From IMG/VR virus record IMGVR_UViG_3300037780_000034, positions 64,001 through 128,000 of that record: 64,000 nucleotides of DNA, one strand, 5' to 3'. How positions within the stretch are numbered: the first letter of the stretch is position 1; every line of letters starts with the position of its first letter. Shown here piece by piece: positions 59,070 to 64,000 of this stretch. Made by a program: the position numbers and the translations under genes. The notes under the pieces were generated by a model. It had not been told where the DNA came from. It did not search any database and saw nothing but the letters and a program-made list of their open reading frames with translations. This DNA comes from a virus (lineage: Duplodnaviria; Caudoviricetes).

Positions 59070-60266
59070 ATGAGGATTGGTCAAATACTAAAAGAAGCTA
59101 CCAGACCATATATTGAAAAAGTAGTTGATCCAGCATTGATGACATTTTCAGAATATTATAATTTGGTTAATCCACAAGATAAATTTCATCCATCTGATGC
59201 ATATGATGTAGATTTAAAAAAATTAAACGCATATGAATCTGTAGATGATTATCAGAACCTAATTAACACAATAACAATTAATAATATTGTTTTTGAAATA
59301 CGAGAAAAAGCAGATGATCGTTGGGACAAAAAATATGTAAAAACTGACCAAGATAATAATATAGTTCGTGATGAAAACGGATTAGCTACATATTTGAATG
59401 ATGAAGAAATAAAGATGATTATTCCTGCTGAAAAGCGATATGATTATGAATATGCTGCAATAAGAAAAGATACCAATGAAATTGTTGGTAAAACTGAAAA
59501 TGAGTGGGGAACTTTACTTATAATGGTTGCCCAAGAATACAGAAATTTTGGATTTGGAACATTATTGGTAAAATTAAAACGTCAGAGAAATCCTGAAAAA
59601 AGTAGTGGTGGGTTCACCCGGTCTGGTCTTAAGAATTTCAGAAGAGTTCATTCTCAAATGGTTCGGGATTATATGGAAAGCGGATTTTATTCTTATTTGG
59701 TAAAAAACGATGTTATAACTTCTGCTCGTGTAAAAGCCATTGTTGGTTCTATTTTGTCAAGACCATCAAAACAAAAGCAAAAAAACTTGGATACTACAAA
59801 TACAAGCGATTGGATAATAATGACTGATGAAGGAAGTTCATACGTCATTGTTTATGACAAAAAGCTTTATCAGTTTACAAAAGATGATATAGACTATAAT
59901 GATTATTGGATAGAAAAATTTATAATCGGTATGGTAGGCATAGGTGGAAGTGATAAATTTACTTATATTGATAGAAAATATGGTCCTGACAATGTAATTT
60001 CAAAGTCAATAGAAATTTTGATTAATGGAGAATATCCTAAACCAGTATACTTAGAAGAATCTGAATACAACTTAATACGAAACAAAAATATAAAATCTGA
60101 AAAAATAAATAAAAATAATAATGTTATGTATAAATGTTGGGTAAATTCTCCAACTGTAAATATAAAACAAATTTCTAATAAAGAAAAGAAAATAAGACAG
60201 AAATATGATGAATATGATGAATTAAGGTATCGTATTCACGAAATTGCAGAATCTCTTGCAAAGTAG
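59070..60266 (+). CDS. GNAT-motif protein, probably virion-associated
   Basis: VAQEYRNFGFGTLL (GNAT motif A); AATAAATA at 59038-59045; MRIGQILKE N-terminus. Confidence 0.55.
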   Translation: MRIGQILKEATRPYIEKVVDPALMTFSEYYNLVNPQDKFHPSDAYDVDLKKLNAYESVDDYQNLINTITINNIVFEIREKADDRWDKKYVKTDQDNNIVRDENGLATYLNDEEIKMIIPAEKRYDYEYAAIRKDTNEIVGKTENEWGTLLIMVAQEYRNFGFGTLLVKLKRQRNPEKSSGGFTRSGLKNFRRVHSQMVRDYMESGFYSYLVKNDVITSARVKAIVGSILSRPSKQKQKNLDTTNTSDWIIMTDEGSSYVIVYDKKLYQFTKDDIDYNDYWIEKFIIGMVGIGGSDKFTYIDRKYGPDNVISKSIEILINGEYPKPVYLEESEYNLIRNKNIKSEKINKNNNVMYKCWVNSPTVNIKQISNKEKKIRQKYDEYDELRYRIHEIAESLAK

Positions 60267-60295
60267 TTGACACTCATTTAACTGTTTGATACCAA
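60267..60295 (+). promoter_or_regulatory. sigma70-type promoter
   Basis: TTGACA-17nt-(TG)TACCAA. Confidence 0.5.
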
Positions 60296-60325
60296 AGCAA
60301 TCATTGCACAATGAAGGAGAAATAA

Positions 60326-60985
60326 TTGAATACTGATGAAATAATTAGTTCATCTTTACAAACATATATTGATGAAATTTATGATGGAGATATATATGAA
60401 CTTTTTGAAAATTACGAAGATATAGAGATAGCATATGAACTATGGGAAAATACCCAATCTGGTGAACTGAATCTAGTTGACATTGAAACAGAGATTCGCT
60501 ATCTTCGTAAGAACCAGATGCTTCACATAATAGAATGACGACAACGTAGCAAGGAGAAACTAAAATGTATATGATTTTTGCTGAAAACTACAATGGAGAT
60601 ATCATTCGTGCTATCACTTGGAATAAAGGAAAGATTGAAGGAATTCTTCATATGAAACTTGCTCTTAAAGAGAGCAAAAAGACTGCTTCAAAAATTTGGG
60701 CAGAAAAAATCAACAAACAAGAAACCACTGTTTAAGAAAGAAACATAAATGAACGGATACAGTTATACCTATTATTATGACACTGAAGAAGATGTTCGTA
60801 AAATTTTTCATACTGTGATTCACCCAGATGGAAGTCATCATAACATTCCTTGGAGTTCATATGAACATATGGATAGTGAAGATTTTAAATTGTGGGTTCA
60901 CTTGGGTATGCCACAAAGTCCACTAACCGGAAGCAATTTTAATAAGAAAAGTCTTATTGAATATCTAAACCAAGCAATGTCGTAA
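60326..60985 (+). CDS. small hypothetical proteins (60326-60538, 60749-60985)
   Basis: short ORFs with SD. Confidence 0.45.
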
Positions 60986-60999
60986 AGAGGGTTATCAAA

Positions 61000-62118
61000 A
61001 TGGGATACTATACTTTTTTGTTTTTTATTCCTGTAGTTGTGTGGATTTTGTTTTCAAAATTATATTTTAAAAATGAGTTCACATATAAAGAAATGATTGC
61101 ACAAAGTATAGTATCTCTTTTTGTAATTTTTTCTATATTTTCTTTTGGAAGCTATTCCCAAACATATGACACAAAACTTGTTAATGGCTTAGTAACTGAA
61201 CTTAACCAAAGAAAAGAAAATTGTCCTATGGGATGGAACGACTGGACTGACAATTTTTGCACAGAATATAGAACACGTACAGTTCCAGATGGACAAACTT
61301 GCACTACATCATCTAATGGAATTCGTAGTTGCACCACAAACTATAAAACACAGTATAATTACATATATAGTTGGGAACAACGTTATTTTGTAAAAACAGA
61401 TATCAATGATGGATATGAAATTAGCAGAATTGATCGTCAGGGTAAAGATATTCCTCCAAGATTTTCTGAAATAAATATAGGAGACCCAGTAACACATAGT
61501 ATTGCTTATACAAATTATATTCGTGGAGCGTATGATAGCTTATTTAATGAAAAATTGCCAAGTGATGTGTTACCACCACTTTCTTACCCAAAAGTTCGTG
61601 ATTACTATAAAGTAAATCGTCTTGTAGTATATGGAGTTGAATTTAGTCCTGCGGTTTTTAACGAATGGAATAATCAACTTTCTGCAATGAATTCTAACAT
61701 TAGAGAAACAAACGCAAACGTGATTATAGCAATTACTGGCGAAACACAGGAATTTGCCAATAGGTTGTCACAGGCGTGGGAAGCGCATAATATTAATGAT
61801 GTAATAGTATCAATAGGTATCAACAATAATCAAATAATTTGGGCAGATGTTCGTAGTTGGAGTTCTAATGAATTAGTAAATGTTTCAATTCGTGATGAAA
61901 TACTGAACCTAAATGAGTTAGATTATGTAAAAATAAACAAAATTATAAGTGAAAATATAGTTGCTCATTATAATCAAAAAGATATGAGCGAATTTGAATA
62001 TCTTGCTGATGATATTCCGCCTCCTACTTGGGCTATGATATTAGCATTTATCTTCTTGATGATTGCATCACCTATAATAACTATACTTCTATCTAAAAAT
62101 CAGATCAAATCTAAATAA
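61000..62118 (+). CDS. membrane protein with a periplasmic domain
   Basis: 2 N-terminal and 1 C-terminal TM helices; Cys-containing periplasmic segment. Confidence 0.65.
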   Translation: MGYYTFLFFIPVVVWILFSKLYFKNEFTYKEMIAQSIVSLFVIFSIFSFGSYSQTYDTKLVNGLVTELNQRKENCPMGWNDWTDNFCTEYRTRTVPDGQTCTTSSNGIRSCTTNYKTQYNYIYSWEQRYFVKTDINDGYEISRIDRQGKDIPPRFSEINIGDPVTHSIAYTNYIRGAYDSLFNEKLPSDVLPPLSYPKVRDYYKVNRLVVYGVEFSPAVFNEWNNQLSAMNSNIRETNANVIIAITGETQEFANRLSQAWEAHNINDVIVSIGINNNQIIWADVRSWSSNELVNVSIRDEILNLNELDYVKINKIISENIVAHYNQKDMSEFEYLADDIPPPTWAMILAFIFLMIASPIITILLSKNQIKSK

Positions 62119-62130
62119 AAGGAATTAAAA

Positions 62131-62688
62131 ATGAAAACTAAAAGTATTTTAGCAATTTCAAGTGCAATCGTTATCTTTGGAGCAGTTGCATTTTCGGCAG
62201 TAAGTTATATTTCTGCATATAATTTGGGAAATCGTCTTGAACAAAATATTGTAGCAACATACGAAAATAATCGTAACGTGCTTGCACAATATGGAAATCG
62301 TGTTTCTGAGGCTGCTCAAATCCCTGCAATGCAGCGTGATGATTTAACACAAGTTGTCACTGCTGCGCTGGAAGGACGTTATGGAGAAGATGGTTCACAA
62401 GCTGTATTTCAATGGATTCAAGAACAAAATCCACAAATAGATTCAACTGTATATGTTCAATTACAGAGAATTATTGAAGCTGGAAGGATTGAATTTGCCA
62501 ATGAACAAACTAAATTGGTAGATCAAAAACGAGTATATGAAACCGCACTTGGCTCATTTTGGAAAGGAACTTGGCTGAATATTTCTGGATATCCATCAAT
62601 AAACCTTGACGACTTTCAAATTGTATCCACCTCTCGTGCAAATGAAGCATTTGAATTTGGAATTGAAGAACCAATTCAGCTAAGGTAA
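62131..62688 (+). CDS. LemA-like membrane-anchored helical protein
   Basis: single N-terminal TM, helical body; adjacent to the membrane protein above. Confidence 0.5.
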   Translation: MKTKSILAISSAIVIFGAVAFSAVSYISAYNLGNRLEQNIVATYENNRNVLAQYGNRVSEAAQIPAMQRDDLTQVVTAALEGRYGEDGSQAVFQWIQEQNPQIDSTVYVQLQRIIEAGRIEFANEQTKLVDQKRVYETALGSFWKGTWLNISGYPSINLDDFQIVSTSRANEAFEFGIEEPIQLR

Positions 62689-62715
62689 TCCCATCTTCAA
62701 CAGAAAGGATTTTTT

Positions 62716-62931
62716 ATGCTGTTTGAAAAACAATATAATTTAATTGGTGGGCAGTATGTTACTGCCCACCCTGATTCAAATATGTCACTGAATAGTTTGT
62801 ATCCTTATTATAATGGTTATGATCTAATTGCAATAAAACCAAATGGAATATTGGTATATAAACGTAGAAATTTTGTCGTTAGATTGTTTCGCTATGTCAA
62901 ATTTATTATAAAAGGTAAAAGATATGCGTAA
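62716..62931 (+). CDS. hypothetical protein
   Basis: 71 aa ending YA-stop and overlapping the array start via ATGCGTAA. Confidence 0.5.
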   Translation: MLFEKQYNLIGGQYVTAHPDSNMSLNSLYPYYNGYDLIAIKPNGILVYKRRNFVVRLFRYVKFIIKGKRYA

Positions 62932-63271
62932 TGGACTCATTGAAGATTCAGATGGAACAAAATGGTGGTATATAAATGACAAACTTCATCGGAGTGATGG
63001 CCCTGCAGTTGAATATTCAGATGGAACAAAAAGTTGGTATATAAATGGCAAATGTCATCGGAGTGATGGCCCTGCTATTGAATATGCAGATGGAAGAAAA
63101 AGTTGGTGGATAAATGGCCAACGTCATCGGAGTGATGGCCCTGCCGTTGAATTTCCAGATGGAAGAAAAAGGTGGTATATAAATAATAAAGAATATTCTT
63201 TTACTGATTATTGCATTGAATTAAAATTATCAAAAGAACAAATATGTGAATTGGTATTACATTATGCGTAA
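62924..63271 (+). CDS. 23-aa repeat (HRxDGPAxE) protein, copy 1
   Basis: 3 repeats of KxWYINxKxHRSDGPAVEYxDG plus conserved C-cap. Confidence 0.85.
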   Translation: MRNGLIEDSDGTKWWYINDKLHRSDGPAVEYSDGTKSWYINGKCHRSDGPAIEYADGRKSWWINGQRHRSDGPAVEFPDGRKRWYINNKEYSFTDYCIELKLSKEQICELVLHYA

Positions 63272-63611
63272 TGGACTTGTTGAATATCCAAGTGGAACAA
63301 AGGAGTGGTATATAAATGACAAACGTCATCGTATTGATGGCCCTGCTGTTGAACGAGCAAATGGAACAAAGGAGTGGTATCAAAATGACAAACGTCATCG
63401 GAGTGATGGACCCGCTATTGAAGATTCAGATGGAATAAAAATGTGGTATATAAATGGCAAACGTCATCGGAGGGATGGACCCGCTATTGAAGATTCAGAT
63501 GGAATAAAAATGTGGTTTATAAATGGTAAAGAATATTCTTTTACTGATTATTGTATTAAATTAAATTTATCAAAAGAACAAATATGTGAATTGGTATTAC
63601 ATTATGCGTAA
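63264..63611 (+). CDS. 23-aa repeat protein, copy 2
   Basis: starts MRNGL at ATG 63264; 340-nt unit; same C-cap. Confidence 0.85.
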   Translation: MRNGLVEYPSGTKEWYINDKRHRIDGPAVERANGTKEWYQNDKRHRSDGPAIEDSDGIKMWYINGKRHRRDGPAIEDSDGIKMWFINGKEYSFTDYCIKLNLSKEQICELVLHYA

Positions 63612-64000
63612 TGGACTTGTTGAATTTCCAAGTGGAACCAAAATGTGGTATCATAATGACAAACTTCATCGGAGTGATGGCCCTGCCATTGAACAAACAG
63701 ATGGAAGAAAAAGGTGGTATCATAATGACAAACTTCATCGCATTGATGGCCCTGCTGTTGAATATGCAGATGGAACAAAAATGTGGTTTATAAATGACAA
63801 ACGTCATCGGAGTGATGGCCCTGCAGTTGAATATTCAGATGGAACAAAAAGTTGGTATATAAATGGCAAATGTCATCGGAGTGATGGCCCTGCTATTGAA
63901 TATGCAGATGGAAGAAAAAGTTGGTGGATAAATGGTGAAAAATATTCCTTTACTGACTATTGTATTGAATTAAAATTATCAAAAGAACAAATATGTGAAT
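63604..64000 (+). CDS. 23-aa repeat protein, copy 3 (4 repeats, runs off the window)
   Basis: open frame from ATG 63604 to the window end (MRNGLVEFPSG...SKEQICE); missing from the ORF track because there is no stop in the window. Confidence 0.85.
   Translation, partial: MRNGLVEFPSGTKMWYHNDKLHRSDGPAIEQTDGRKRWYHNDKLHRIDGPAVEYADGTKMWFINDKRHRSDGPAVEYSDGTKSWYINGKCHRSDGPAIEYADGRKSWWINGEKYSFTDYCIELKLSKEQICE

Noticed and set aside
63611-63793. 60-aa ORF in the track
   Set aside because: Wrong frame; the real gene is the open frame starting at ATG 63604.
122-63807. Numerous minus-strand and nested ORFs in the track (e.g. 122-523, 7831-8127, 21130-21513, 48301-48825, 54727-55143)
   Set aside because: They are antisense or out-of-frame shadows of well-supported + strand genes, with no motifs or SDs.
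62924-64000. CRISPR array or DGR interpretation of the 69-nt repeats
   Set aside because: The repeats are in-frame coding units without unique spacers; there are no cas or RT genes in the window and no adenine-specific variation pattern was evident.

Overview
A 64-kb segment of a very AT-rich, gene-dense jumbo myophage genome. All credible genes are on the + strand. The gene content resembles Rak2/GAP32/Atu_ph07-type jumbo phages, but that family assignment is an inference. Bases 1-15 kb hold a late/structural and core-metabolism block: PD-(D/E)XK exonuclease, class Ia ribonucleotide reductase with an ATP-cone on the beta subunit, glutaredoxin, PAAR spike, bS21, GuaC, Hsp20 behind a ROSE-like thermometer, and ClpS. 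Bases 15-64 kb are an accessory region of many sigma70-type transcription units. They encode a tRNA/RNA repair kit (TilS, Rnl1-type ligase in two ORFs, Thg1, Pnk-like kinase, phosphoesterases, TROVE/vWA protein, CCA enzyme in two ORFs), two NAD+ salvage routes (PnuC/NadR and NadV/NMNAT-Nudix), three DNA methyltransferases (one paired with a nuclease), an Acb1-like 2H phosphodiesterase with a T4-like capsid-targeting N-terminus, 5-aminolevulinate synthase and an anticodon-domain-less CysRS. ALAS and GANTC-rich promoters suggest an alphaproteobacterial host. The most intriguing signals are: (i) a promoter-driven, ORF-free, structured segment of about 420 nt followed by twin AT-rich hairpins (56.15-56.75 kb); (ii) two RNA-repair nucleotidyltransferases, each split into two separately initiated ORFs; (iii) late-promoter 'islands' encoding probable virion-packaged anti-defence or effector proteins; (iv) cassettes bounded by direct repeats of translation-initiation regions, including a tandem array of 23-aa-repeat genes at the right edge. 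No tRNA, rRNA or CRISPR array was recognised. All product calls are motif-based, made by eye without database searches.
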